Source of the DNA: Candidatus Hodarchaeota archaeon
GTDB taxonomy: Archaea; Asgardarchaeota; Heimdallarchaeia; Hodarchaeales; Hodarchaeaceae
Length of the DNA: 50,241 bases
Assembly (NCBI GenBank): GCA_016840035.1
Contig: JAEOTC010000146.1
Span: 1-50,241, forward strand
Direction of reading: 5' to 3'
Part shown: one piece after another, positions 39,201 to 48,339 of the stretch
Layout of the letters: each line of letters starts with the position of its first letter
Position numbering within the stretch: the first letter of the stretch is position 1
Notes under the pieces: model-generated
The model's database searches: none
What the model saw: the letters and a program-made list of their open reading frames with translations, nothing else
Told to the model about the DNA's origin: nothing
Made by a program: the position numbers and the translations under genes

Positions 39201-39689
39201 TAATTCGACACCTTTATTGTATTTTTCTTCCTTCCCCAAGAGATGACCTGGTGCAAGAAGATGCTTCCCATCAGCAAAGTATACATCTCCAATATCTTGA
39301 CTAATTTCATAGGCCACATTGGGATTATCAGCTAATTGATACAATTCTAACGACCAGGTTAATACTTTTAATTTTCCCTCTGGCTTGAGGTCCTCAAGCG
39401 TATCCCTCATCCTACCAGATAAATCCAAAAAAGTTGGTAATAGTTCTTTTATTGCTTTATGCTGTTCTTCCTGTAATAAGTGCTGATAATATGCTTGAGC
39501 ATATTCAAACATCATTGAGTTTTTTCCTGTTTTTTGAGAGGTAAAGAACGCTTTATTAAAAAGTTTGAGGCTTCGCTGACCATCTGGAATGCTTTTGGCT
39601 ACTTGGAAATAAGTCTTGGCAGCTTTTTCGAAATTTCCTGCACTTTCAAACGCCTGGGCTTTCTCTAATTCTTTTTGAACTTCTGACAT
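36213..39689 (-). CDS. Large all-alpha solenoid (TPR/SNAP-like) hypothetical protein
   Basis: 1158 aa with no TM or signal; recurring amphipathic helix pairs (AAKTYFQVA, ELATEYAEKAFEIF, EEANFLLTSAK...AIDQIYKATSMF); acidic then polybasic C-terminus. Confidence 0.65.
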   Translation of the reverse strand: MSEVQKELEKAQAFESAGNFEKAAKTYFQVAKSIPDGQRSLKLFNKAFFTSQKTGKNSMMFEYAQAYYQHLLQEEQHKAIKELLPTFLDLSGRMRDTLEDLKPEGKLKVLTWSLELYQLADNPNVAYEISQDIGDVYFADGKHLLAPGHLLGKEEKYNKGVELFTKAIDAYQSVSLDKTVMEKILNVKLEKVSRFIDINRPAEAMEDTSYLMQFFKAQGPDVQPYPQKELSLKIAQLLALKALKKAQKQVDIARVLQKTASAGFIEADAVTRVAPFLWSLTQVFDNANHQEDFENTIVDAFEAALKYENKEITEEILEYLFNQGKTHCENILNSRMLLVKKGSIEFHNNKGVLYLLQRINLAKKADDKIVDQTTEYLFNYGQLMFEKKLRLRSLPYFEYCAQSWWDLYQESGRAREITTFLQSNFGELLSEGKIDAAATQLISIVDLFTYFGDIAMAGDTAFSFAQTLGQEEKLTYEFDFLERSFSNFQKIDAKDKLQALVEYLIERSDPLYSQFESKHESLRKFLKLMNETGTAISSEKQGEVLAAITYKTINSNLIELATEYAEKAFEIFQSFNKELAADFYFKIGTQLLESNPQLAVEFISKSTQVAADEKELDQIVLRNLQYLMDQTLASSVLATKLFIINQLEQIASLVHKSAIYNAFLFPFVQHLAENAVEPKYYSEINNFLLKDFTIYYEQDKSHPHLQELVKWTNDFILGLEQTSVITEMILLTLKFHEKLNMPDQFISFIWPVMENLSSRKEDYHNAITIYGQTFSFLKRLEAENEEFTEKVVSLLDRDQKSRIHDEQFDEAWAILQALYKILTESDMKKQAVRLYKDNAILFAPLRLDLALTMWAQAGEEASSIENYKEIVTEICSEIKEHGLKLYKEQHHQPAVIQLYNQLIDLSLSVSNMQSVVENNVDRAKFLLMRGDFPSLLEWGEKSLELSIEKRLEDLLVEISNMFYSAGRSLLEEDPETAISLINTASEKLKAFGEKGKNIYSSKIAEIYEELYRSPVGNQLAISERENLVRYFKENNQQQEEANFLLTSAKIALTEGKINDAIDQIYKATSMFKELEDNEGLSEIVTFCLRTASKFPVGSPEYNSLSQHAAMIQDEGITLSDEQSQEAFGDLFDGMLDDMTSLFDPKEKRKRMKQKKGKK

Positions 39690-39747
39690 ACTTAACCAAC
39701 ACTAATCCTTCTCAAGGATGTACCGATTTGATAAAGGTAGCTCAACA

Positions 39748-41103
39748 CTAGAAAAGAGCTAAGACAAACACATAGAGTGCCATTGCACCTAAGTGGATTC
39801 CTGTTATTGTTAATCCATAACGAATGTAGCCCATAAATGTGATGGATACACCTTCTCTATTACTCATTTCCATAATGTAGATCCCTTTTACACTACTTAT
39901 CAAAATAACTGAATCTGTAATATTTACAACCGCGAGTATTGCCCACCATACAATTCTAGGATCCGTATTACTACTCATAAGATCAATAATTGGGCGCAAC
40001 AGAAAAATCAGGGGGATGTTCTCGATGATACTCGTGAGCGCACCTAAAATACCTGAGAATGTAACAACGCCAATTTCTGGAGAAAATTGCATCAGATTGA
40101 GAGTGGGTTCTTCCAAGAGTAGAGGAAGCTCTGTTAATTGAATTAGTCCTGACATAATAAATATTCCAGTTAGGAAAAAGAGCATAGGCCAATCAACAGA
40201 TCGTATGAATGATTCTACATGGTCAGAAAAGAATATCAATACAATTACCCCACCTCCGATACAAATAATGTCCACACTAATGCCTATGGAAGTTCCAATG
40301 GCTAGGAATATAGTAACGATCACAAATATTATTGATGCTTTGTAGAAATTTTTGCGAGAATCAACGAAACTCCATGGATCGATCGTATGAAGAAGTCGTT
40401 GTAATTCAATCCCAAAAGAGATTTCTTTCTCTTTCATTGCCAAAAATGAGTCTTTAAACATCAGATATGTTACTGGGATTGTCACAATTACCATTAATGA
40501 GACAAAAGGAAAACTCAGAATAAAGAAATCTAGGTAAGACCAGTTTTGTTCTAATGAGACATATGCTGCTGTATAAGAAGCAATTGGTGTAAGCATTCCT
40601 GCAAGATTACTATAAACCAGTTCCAAGAATAAAATTGGTTTAGGATCGAATTCGGCAACTTGGGATATCAAAATTGTAATGGATGAAACAATAATAAGAG
40701 CTAAGACATTAGTAATCATCATACTGAGTACTAAGACGGACAAAGATAGAATCATCGTCAAAACATAAAAGGAACCCCTAATATTCCTGAGAATATAGAG
40801 TATAAATACTTCTAATAGGCCAGATGTTTTTAACATTTCCATAATAATAGTAACGCCTATTATGGTCATAATAAGTTCGATATCCAACCATTGGTAAACA
40901 ATATTGACTTCATGAATTAAATTTACAGAGCTAGCAAAAGCTATCGTTACAACGACTCCTACTAACGTAATTGATACCTTGTCTACTTTTTCAGATGCAA
41001 TAACGATCAGTATAACTAGAAATATGCCTGTTAGTAATAAACCTGCATTGATGTCCACAAGTAGGCCTCTTATATTGCTAGATAAGTTAGTATAGTAAAT
41101 CAT
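39748..41103 (-). CDS. SLC13/ArsB/NhaD (ion transporter superfamily) permease
   Basis: ~12 hydrophobic segments; SMMITNV, SNLAGMLTPIAS, VDWPMLFFLTGIF, SIIENIP, ITFMGY. Start may be GTG 41058. Confidence 0.85.
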   Translation of the reverse strand: MIYYTNLSSNIRGLLVDINAGLLLTGIFLVILIVIASEKVDKVSITLVGVVVTIAFASSVNLIHEVNIVYQWLDIELIMTIIGVTIIMEMLKTSGLLEVFILYILRNIRGSFYVLTMILSLSVLVLSMMITNVLALIIVSSITILISQVAEFDPKPILFLELVYSNLAGMLTPIASYTAAYVSLEQNWSYLDFFILSFPFVSLMVIVTIPVTYLMFKDSFLAMKEKEISFGIELQRLLHTIDPWSFVDSRKNFYKASIIFVIVTIFLAIGTSIGISVDIICIGGGVIVLIFFSDHVESFIRSVDWPMLFFLTGIFIMSGLIQLTELPLLLEEPTLNLMQFSPEIGVVTFSGILGALTSIIENIPLIFLLRPIIDLMSSNTDPRIVWWAILAVVNITDSVILISSVKGIYIMEMSNREGVSITFMGYIRYGLTITGIHLGAMALYVFVLALF

Positions 41104-41321
41104 TTATGGAATATCGATTGTAAATTGTTTGTATTGAATTATAGCTCCTTTATCTTTGAGTGTTTGCTTTGCATACTAGCGTTGTTAGAAGTTCTTACCA
41201 TATGAGTTGAGAATCTATCATCTACAAGCACTTAAAGACTCGGAATTACTGATGCACTGAACAATTTCTACATAAATGTATAATTTCTAAAGCTTATTTA
41301 TATCAAATAATTCGTGTCACA

Positions 41322-44105
41322 GTGAAATCAATGCTTAAGCTAGCATTTCGAAATGTTTTTCGATCAAAGCAAAGGTCATTCCTGTTAATTTTTGGAATAA
41401 CGATAACACTTGCTTTAGAAACAGCAGTGATTGTAACTGTCGACACTATCTATGATGATTTTCTTTTTGACAATAGGAATCAAAATTATACAGATATATC
41501 TGTCCACCCCAAATCCTGGGAAAATCTGACTTCTTTACGAAACCTAACTTCAAAAGTAGGCTCTATTCCTGGGGTGAGAACTGCTTCAGAAGTCTACTAC
41601 ATTTCTGCGGAAGTCCTCCAAAATCAAACAGGCTTTCCTGTGAATGCACTTATCTTTGGTGTAAACTTCAACACGCATCCTGATATTCCAATTATGAACA
41701 TATCTGAAGGATTTAGGTTTGGTATCGGACAAACAATCATCGTTTCGCAGATGGTAAGAGATCTTATGGGTTTGTCATTAGGTGATACCCTAAATCTACC
41801 AGAACTACCGAATATTGGTTTTAAAGGGGCTGAACTGGTTATTGGAGGAGTTTTTTCTGCACCACCATTTTTTGGGAATAGAGAAACGCAAGCTGTAATT
41901 TTAATAGATATTGAAACGATTCTCGAGTTATTTGAGCTTGAAAGTACCTTTAACTCTCTGAATATGAAGATAGATGTTACAGCGGAAGATTTTATTGAAT
42001 TAAAGAAAATATCAGAGAATATCAAAGACATCTTAGGCCCTGAATATGATGTATTTGTAGGAAAAGAAATTTCAGATTTACAGGGCCTTGGGATAAAGGC
42101 ATATTCTATCGCTATGAATATAGTTATTCTTGCTTCACTACTTGTCGAATTTCTATTTACTACAAATATTCTGACCATTGCCGTCCGAGAAAGACAAAAG
42201 GAGTATGGAGTACTTCGAACAGTTGGAATCAGCTTAAAACAATTATTTTTAGTGTTATTCTATGAAATTCTTGTTTACTCTGTTATTGGTGGTTTAATAG
42301 GAGTCTTAGTAGGGATCGGTTTCTCCAATTTGCTGGTGAGTGTTATCGATCAATTTTATCCTACATTAGATTTTCACGCAATTTTGATTAATCCCTCATC
42401 TGTTTTAACGGTGTTTCTTTCGGGGATACTTGTGGCTCTATTTTCAGGAATTTTCCCTCTCTATCTAATTATACGTCTACCAGTAATTCACAATATTCAT
42501 TCCAAAATAAAAGCAGAAAAGAAATCTTCACTTCCTGAATATTGGAGATACACAATAGTTGTAGGAATAATACTAGCGTTTACAGGATATATGCTTACAA
42601 ATTTTACTCGGACTTCAAGTTTCCTCGATTTTTCTTTGTTCTCATTTCAATTCATAGCCATTGTTCTAATTTTTGGAGGTACACTATTTGTTGAGGCTGG
42701 CTTACTCAATTTTCTTCCTAAAGCTGGAGAAAAAGTCTTTAAAATCCTTAATATACGCCTAGGACTCATTTCAATGAGGAATATAGCACGTGAATTTCAA
42801 AGATCCTTTTTTACTATAATGACCTCTTCTATTGCGTTAACATTCATAATCCTAGTTGGAGTTGTCTCAGCAACCATTATAGCCAGTGTTCCACATTATT
42901 ATGAAGGTCAATGGGGAAATATCGATTTGGTTGTTGAAACAAATGACCCTGGCCAACCAATTAACTTTTCTGAAAGTTTACTTTCAAATGAACGAATAAA
43001 AAAGGTTGCCTATGTCCAAGAACAACGAACAGAGATTAGTGATTCAAATGGTTATGTGTACGGAGTAAATCCAGTTCAATATTCAACTTTTGCAGAACAA
43101 GTATATGAATCACTTGTTGATAACAAACCAAGTTATCAATTTCTTGAATCTGATAACTCTTCTCAAACACCAATAAATTCATTGATCTCAGAAGATTTAT
43201 ATCGGGCAATAAATAAACCTCTTGGCGCTAATGTATCAATCAAAACAACTTCAAATACTACAGTGAATATTAGGATAGCTGCCATCATTAAAAGTAATAT
43301 CTTTTTAGGAAATGGCCAGTATCTTTATATTGGATCCTCTTATTTCCAGGAGATATTTAATTCCTCCCTTGCGAAGGTCTTTGTGTGTGACGTAATTGAT
43401 GACTTTAGTCTTTCCGAAACTGAAAGAAATATCACTCTTTCATATCCTTTCCTGAGGGATGCAGTCGGAATAGAACATTATGGTAGAATAATCGAAAACA
43501 GTCTGATTTTTCAAGCTAATTTGTTTCAAGTGCTCTTTTTCGAAACATTCATTCTTGCAGGTATAGCACAATTCGTTGGGGTACTAATGTCCACCCTTCA
43601 AATGGAAAGAGAGATGGGAATTATGCGGAGTATGGGTTTGTCAAAGAAAGGAGTATTAACGATATTCCTTGTTGAATCAATGACATTAGGTGTAACAGCC
43701 ATATTTTTTGGTTTTCTTGACGGACTATTTAGTGCTTTACTTCTTATTTGGTATATTTCATTTAGTATACCTATTACGATGAATTTTCCGTTGGATCATG
43801 TTGCTTCATGGTTATTCTTTTCATTCCTATTTACTATTGCAAGTACAATAATTCCAGCGTATAAATCTAGTCAAAAAGAAGTCGTAGCGACGATTTCTGC
43901 CCGACCAATTCGTTCTCTTACAGAACAAATGTTGAAGAAGTTAGACTTGCCAAGGTTGATTTCCTTTGAGAATATTGTTATTCCTGCCTATTTTCGGCAC
44001 ATATCCAAAGTTATCATGATTATTTATTATATTATAGTCATTGTACTAATAGCAATCATAATACGGGGTATGCTTCTTGGTGAAGGCATATTTGTTATAA
44101 AATAA
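41322..44105 (+). CDS. FtsX/MacB-like ABC transporter permease with duplicated domains
   Basis: KLAFRNVFRSKQRS, ERQKEYGVLRTVG, RNIAREFQRS, REMGIMRSMGLSK. Confidence 0.9.
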   Translation: MKSMLKLAFRNVFRSKQRSFLLIFGITITLALETAVIVTVDTIYDDFLFDNRNQNYTDISVHPKSWENLTSLRNLTSKVGSIPGVRTASEVYYISAEVLQNQTGFPVNALIFGVNFNTHPDIPIMNISEGFRFGIGQTIIVSQMVRDLMGLSLGDTLNLPELPNIGFKGAELVIGGVFSAPPFFGNRETQAVILIDIETILELFELESTFNSLNMKIDVTAEDFIELKKISENIKDILGPEYDVFVGKEISDLQGLGIKAYSIAMNIVILASLLVEFLFTTNILTIAVRERQKEYGVLRTVGISLKQLFLVLFYEILVYSVIGGLIGVLVGIGFSNLLVSVIDQFYPTLDFHAILINPSSVLTVFLSGILVALFSGIFPLYLIIRLPVIHNIHSKIKAEKKSSLPEYWRYTIVVGIILAFTGYMLTNFTRTSSFLDFSLFSFQFIAIVLIFGGTLFVEAGLLNFLPKAGEKVFKILNIRLGLISMRNIAREFQRSFFTIMTSSIALTFIILVGVVSATIIASVPHYYEGQWGNIDLVVETNDPGQPINFSESLLSNERIKKVAYVQEQRTEISDSNGYVYGVNPVQYSTFAEQVYESLVDNKPSYQFLESDNSSQTPINSLISEDLYRAINKPLGANVSIKTTSNTTVNIRIAAIIKSNIFLGNGQYLYIGSSYFQEIFNSSLAKVFVCDVIDDFSLSETERNITLSYPFLRDAVGIEHYGRIIENSLIFQANLFQVLFFETFILAGIAQFVGVLMSTLQMEREMGIMRSMGLSKKGVLTIFLVESMTLGVTAIFFGFLDGLFSALLLIWYISFSIPITMNFPLDHVASWLFFSFLFTIASTIIPAYKSSQKEVVATISARPIRSLTEQMLKKLDLPRLISFENIVIPAYFRHISKVIMIIYYIIVIVLIAIIIRGMLLGEGIFVIK

Positions 44106-44124
44106 TAGAAGGTGTACAAAAAGC

Positions 44125-44412
44125 ATGGAAATACCAGAGATTGAGGTTCAAAAACCAAGAAAAGAAAGAGAAAAATACTTCCTATATCTTGCAATTCCCT
44201 TAATTTTACTCTCACTGACTTTTTGGCTCGCAAGTGGTGTTTCCAGAGACAATTTGAAATTTTATCTCGAAGGTGGATATGTAGGAGCAGCTATTTATTA
44301 TCGTGATTTAGCGGAGCAATTGATGTTCAATTCCATTTTATTGATAGTAATTGCCCTTATACTACTAACTATCGGAATAATAATGTATTATTTGAAGGAA
44401 GAAGAATATTAA
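44125..44412 (+). CDS. Small two-TM hypothetical membrane protein
   Basis: Two hydrophobic stretches; GAAGGT upstream; co-oriented with the permease. Confidence 0.65.
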   Translation: MEIPEIEVQKPRKEREKYFLYLAIPLILLSLTFWLASGVSRDNLKFYLEGGYVGAAIYYRDLAEQLMFNSILLIVIALILLTIGIIMYYLKEEEY

Positions 44413-44444
44413 GACATTTAAACGAAATTCGCCGAGGTTAAACA

Positions 44445-44960
44445 ATGGATATAAGCAATGATGTCAAGAAAAGACAAAGAATTCTCCTGATCATCCTTTC
44501 AATAAGTGGGCTCTTTTCGCTTGGGGGTCTAAGTCTTCCGTTTATTTCAGTCCGTTTAGACGAGAATATAATATTACAATTAACAGGAGGAAATTTATAT
44601 TTTACTCAGTCATTGACCCTAACTTTCGGTACATTGATGGTTTTTACTGGCGCAGTAATGGCATACCTCTATTTACGTGATATAACAGTTGTAGATATTG
44701 ATAAGAAGTTAGAAAATGTTATGGTTGTCTTAGCCCTGTCATTCATGGCCTCACTAGTTGGTTTTATTCTCCTAATTCTAGATATAATCGATGCTTTCTC
44801 TGAGGCTGCCTCTATTGGCCTTGAAGACCCAATAATTTTCCAAATAGGATTTCTTCTCTCTGTATTAGGGCCAGTAATCCTGATTATGGGTTTCATATAT
44901 CTTGGAACAACTCGAAAAAGAATCGATATTCATTTGAAAGAGCATTCAAGTGTTTCTTAA
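44445..44960 (+). CDS. Four-TM hypothetical membrane protein
   Basis: Four hydrophobic segments; GAGGT SD upstream. Confidence 0.7.
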   Translation: MDISNDVKKRQRILLIILSISGLFSLGGLSLPFISVRLDENIILQLTGGNLYFTQSLTLTFGTLMVFTGAVMAYLYLRDITVVDIDKKLENVMVVLALSFMASLVGFILLILDIIDAFSEAASIGLEDPIIFQIGFLLSVLGPVILIMGFIYLGTTRKRIDIHLKEHSSVS

Positions 44961-45242
44961 CGATAGTTCAAGATATTTCAACCTCTTGCATTAAGCAATT
45001 TGTTTTTAAAAGAAATAATCAAGAGCGAAATTTATCATATAACAAGGCGAACTAAATTCTCCTCTGAAAATTATTTTTGTCTTTGAAAATATTAAAATAA
45101 TGAGCAAAGCACTGACTGAATAGATTTATTTCCGCTCTAAAATTATTCTAGTTAGAAAGAAGGCAAATTCTAAGATAGAAATAATAACAAATGTGAACCC
45201 TAATCACTAAATTTAGAGGAAATACTTTTGGCTGGGTAAAGT

Positions 45243-46448
45243 ATGAAATTAAGAGATTATACAATTAGAAGATTGTTACTGCTAATTCCTGTCATGTTCG
45301 GAGTTAGCATTATGAGTTTTATTCTCTCCAATAGTATTGGAGATCCGATCGCTTCGTACATTGGAGAAGATCAAGATCGACTTACAGAAGATCGAGTAAG
45401 GATTCTCACAGAACAATTAGGACTTGATCAACCACTACATATTCAATATTTTAGGTACCTACAAAGGCTTTGGCCTCTTGAGACACCTGAACTCACTAAT
45501 ATAGGTACGTGGTATTTACGGGCACCCGATTTAGGGGTTTCATCATCGTTTCGGCCTCCCGCGCCTGTCATAGATGTAATTGTAGACCGATTCCCAGCAA
45601 CTGCGGAGTTAGCCATTTTCTCAATGATATTTGCAGTAGTCATAGGTATTCCTCTTGGAATAGTATCAGCAATTCGAAAGGATCAGCTCCCAGATCAAGT
45701 GTCTAGAATAACAGCTTTATCAGGTGTCTCCATGCCTATTTTCTGGCTTGGGTTAATGTTACAAGTTTTAATTTTCAATTCTAATCAAATATTCGAGGAT
45801 TTAGGCCTTGGATTTAAAATGCCTTATCACGAACGATATAATATTAACAAATTTTATCAAAAAGAAGATAATATTTTGGGGGCAGTGGTCGGGCTACTCA
45901 ATCTGTTACCGTTTTTAGATCTTGGTCCGATCCCAACTACAGGGTTTTATTTAATAGATAATCTTTTGTACTTACCAGCAGGTGTACCACCCCTAGAATC
46001 AATTGTGTTAAGCTTAGAACTATTTGTTGATGCATTAGTTCACATATTCCCACCTGCATTTTGTCTTGCCTGGGTACAGATGGCCCTTATTACACGGATG
46101 ACGCGAATGGCCATGATTGAAACAATGCGGCAAGATTTTATTCTGCTAGCGAAATCCAAAGGATTGACTGAGAGGGTCATAATTTACCGGCATGCACTTA
46201 AGAATGCCATAATTCCGACTCTCACAATCGCCGGACTTTCATTAGCTGGTTTATTAACCGGAACAGTGTTAACTGAAACTGTATTTGATTGGCCCGGAAT
46301 TGGAAGATGGGCGGTGAATGCAGTATCAAATCTAGATATATCTGCCATTCAAGGTTTCGTAATGATTACCGCGCTAATCTATGTACTCAGCAATCTACTG
46401 GTAGATATCCTCTATGCTTATGTTGACCCAAGGATTAGGTACGATTAA
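45243..46448 (+). CDS. dppB: Peptide/nickel ABC transporter permease DppB/OppB
   Basis: RRLLLLIPVMFG, GDP, LGLDQPLHIQYFRYL, RFPATAELA, SMPIFWLG, AKSKGL...HALKNA, ETVFDWPGIG, DPRIRY. Confidence 0.93.
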   Translation: MKLRDYTIRRLLLLIPVMFGVSIMSFILSNSIGDPIASYIGEDQDRLTEDRVRILTEQLGLDQPLHIQYFRYLQRLWPLETPELTNIGTWYLRAPDLGVSSSFRPPAPVIDVIVDRFPATAELAIFSMIFAVVIGIPLGIVSAIRKDQLPDQVSRITALSGVSMPIFWLGLMLQVLIFNSNQIFEDLGLGFKMPYHERYNINKFYQKEDNILGAVVGLLNLLPFLDLGPIPTTGFYLIDNLLYLPAGVPPLESIVLSLELFVDALVHIFPPAFCLAWVQMALITRMTRMAMIETMRQDFILLAKSKGLTERVIIYRHALKNAIIPTLTIAGLSLAGLLTGTVLTETVFDWPGIGRWAVNAVSNLDISAIQGFVMITALIYVLSNLLVDILYAYVDPRIRYD

Positions 46449-46461
46449 AGGAGGACATGAA

Positions 46462-48324
46462 ATGACAACTGGTTATGAATTAGACATGCTTGAAGATGAT
46501 GTTCCCTCTGAAATATTTAGTTTCAGAGAGTCATTGAAGACACGAGGAAAAGAATTACGTCACAGTATTTCCTTATTACGAAAGAGTCCTTTGTTTCTTT
46601 TCGGGTTTGGTACCATTTTGGCATTAGTCATAATTGCTCTACTCGCCCCATATATTACTCCCTATGGCCCAAGAGAATTTTTAATAGATCCATTAGCAGG
46701 AGAGATTTTAAAACAAGAACCTCCAGGGGCAATTGATACACGTGAATACCTTCTCTGGACCGATTTCTCTGATGTTTCAGCTCAATTTGGCCTTGCAGAC
46801 GGTCTTCTTGTTAGGACCTGGCTTGTGGATCTTAATAACGACACAAAAGTAGATTTTCTTATCGGTACGAGTGATAGTCGGTTACTTTTCTATCAAAATG
46901 TCGGTACAGGTGCTGAAGCTACTGAGTGGGAATTAAATACATCTTTTACATTCCCAGAGATTCCAGAAAATGTTACACATGTGAGTCCTACAACAGGAGA
47001 TATGAACCGTGATAATGTTACTGATATTATGATTGGTGGGAATGACGGATTCCTTTATCGAACGATTAATCGAGGAACCCCCTCCAATGCAAATTGGACT
47101 GATTTTTCTCTTGTAAGGAATGAAACGGGAGCTGTTTTAGAATTTCCAGGTCAAGCACATCCAACATTAGTGAACTTCGACCGTGATGGAAATAATAAGA
47201 CAGATTTAGTTGTTGGCTCAACTGATAACAAGCTCTATGTATATATTAACGAGGCATCAATTATCCGTCACGAAAAATGGGAACTTGTACTTTTAGAAGA
47301 AGCCCCACTAGATATCTATGATGATCCTTTAGATTTTGAGGGTCTAGGAACAGGTTCGATTAAAGCTGATTTCTTGCATATTAATCCGACAGAGAGTTGG
47401 GATATGATAGTTATTTTTGATTCTGGTCATTACTACTATTACACCTCTATCGGACTGAAAAGTTCTCCCAGCTTTCTAGAAATGGATAAAGATAACTTAT
47501 ATGTAACCTTCACTTTTCCAACATTGGAAGAAGTCCCAGGCATGGATTTCCAGTGGTATGATTTCAATCATGATAATATTAGCGATCTTTTTGTATTTTA
47601 CTCTGAAGGAAATGTCAGATTTGCAGAGCAGTACAAAGAAAGGGACGGTCGGCCTCTTATCTTTGGAACAGATGCATTGGGAGGAGATATTTTTAGCCGA
47701 TGTATATGGGCTCTTCAATTAGACCTGATTCTCGCGATATGGGTCGTTTTATGGGCACTAGTTGTTGGGACAATAGTTGGTTCGATTGCAGGTTATTATG
47801 GAGGCTGGATAGATAACTTGATGATGCGAATTACCGATGTGTTCTTCGCTTTTCCAGGTTTAATCTTAGCAATGGCTATTGCTGCAGCTCTTGGAAAAAA
47901 CATGTTTAATCTATCTATTGCATTAATTGCTGTTTGGTGGGCTGGTTACGCACGAATTTCCCGTGGGCAGGTTTTATCAGAGAAGAATAAACTCTATGTT
48001 GAAGCTGCTCGGGCTGTTGGATTGAGTAACACCCGTATCATATTCAGACATGTCCTTCCCAACAGTTTATATCCCTTACTTGTAGCAGCCACACTAGATT
48101 TAGGTGGAGTGGTTCTTACTGCAGCGGGATTAAGCTTCATTGGTTTTGGTGCTAATCCAGGTGATGCAGAACTTGGAAGGATGATAGCTGACGGAAGAGA
48201 ATACTTTATACAAGCACCGTGGCTAGTATTTTTCCCAGGACTAGTAATTTTCCTAATCGTACTAGCATTCAACCTCATAGGCGACGGACTAAGAGATGTT
48301 ATGGATCCAAAGATCCGACGATAG
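46462..48324 (+). CDS. dppC: Peptide ABC permease DppC/OppC with an inserted extracellular FG-GAP beta-propeller
   Basis: ALLAPYITPY...EPP[~310 aa insert]FGTDALGGDIFSR, MRITDVFFAFP, YVEAARAVG, HVLPN, GDGLRDVMDP. Start is ATG 46462 after AAGGAGGA. Confidence 0.9.
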   Translation: MTTGYELDMLEDDVPSEIFSFRESLKTRGKELRHSISLLRKSPLFLFGFGTILALVIIALLAPYITPYGPREFLIDPLAGEILKQEPPGAIDTREYLLWTDFSDVSAQFGLADGLLVRTWLVDLNNDTKVDFLIGTSDSRLLFYQNVGTGAEATEWELNTSFTFPEIPENVTHVSPTTGDMNRDNVTDIMIGGNDGFLYRTINRGTPSNANWTDFSLVRNETGAVLEFPGQAHPTLVNFDRDGNNKTDLVVGSTDNKLYVYINEASIIRHEKWELVLLEEAPLDIYDDPLDFEGLGTGSIKADFLHINPTESWDMIVIFDSGHYYYYTSIGLKSSPSFLEMDKDNLYVTFTFPTLEEVPGMDFQWYDFNHDNISDLFVFYSEGNVRFAEQYKERDGRPLIFGTDALGGDIFSRCIWALQLDLILAIWVVLWALVVGTIVGSIAGYYGGWIDNLMMRITDVFFAFPGLILAMAIAAALGKNMFNLSIALIAVWWAGYARISRGQVLSEKNKLYVEAARAVGLSNTRIIFRHVLPNSLYPLLVAATLDLGGVVLTAAGLSFIGFGANPGDAELGRMIADGREYFIQAPWLVFFPGLVIFLIVLAFNLIGDGLRDVMDPKIRR

Positions 48325-48339
48325 TCAGGAAGGAAAACA

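Noticed and set aside
41624-42178. 184-aa minus-strand ORF and the other short ORFs nested in long genes
   Set aside because: They lie within well-supported CDSs, antisense or out of frame, with no recognisable motifs.
46414-46461. ORF-track start of dppC at 46414
   Set aside because: It overlaps the end of dppB; a strong AAGGAGGA SD supports ATG 46462 instead.
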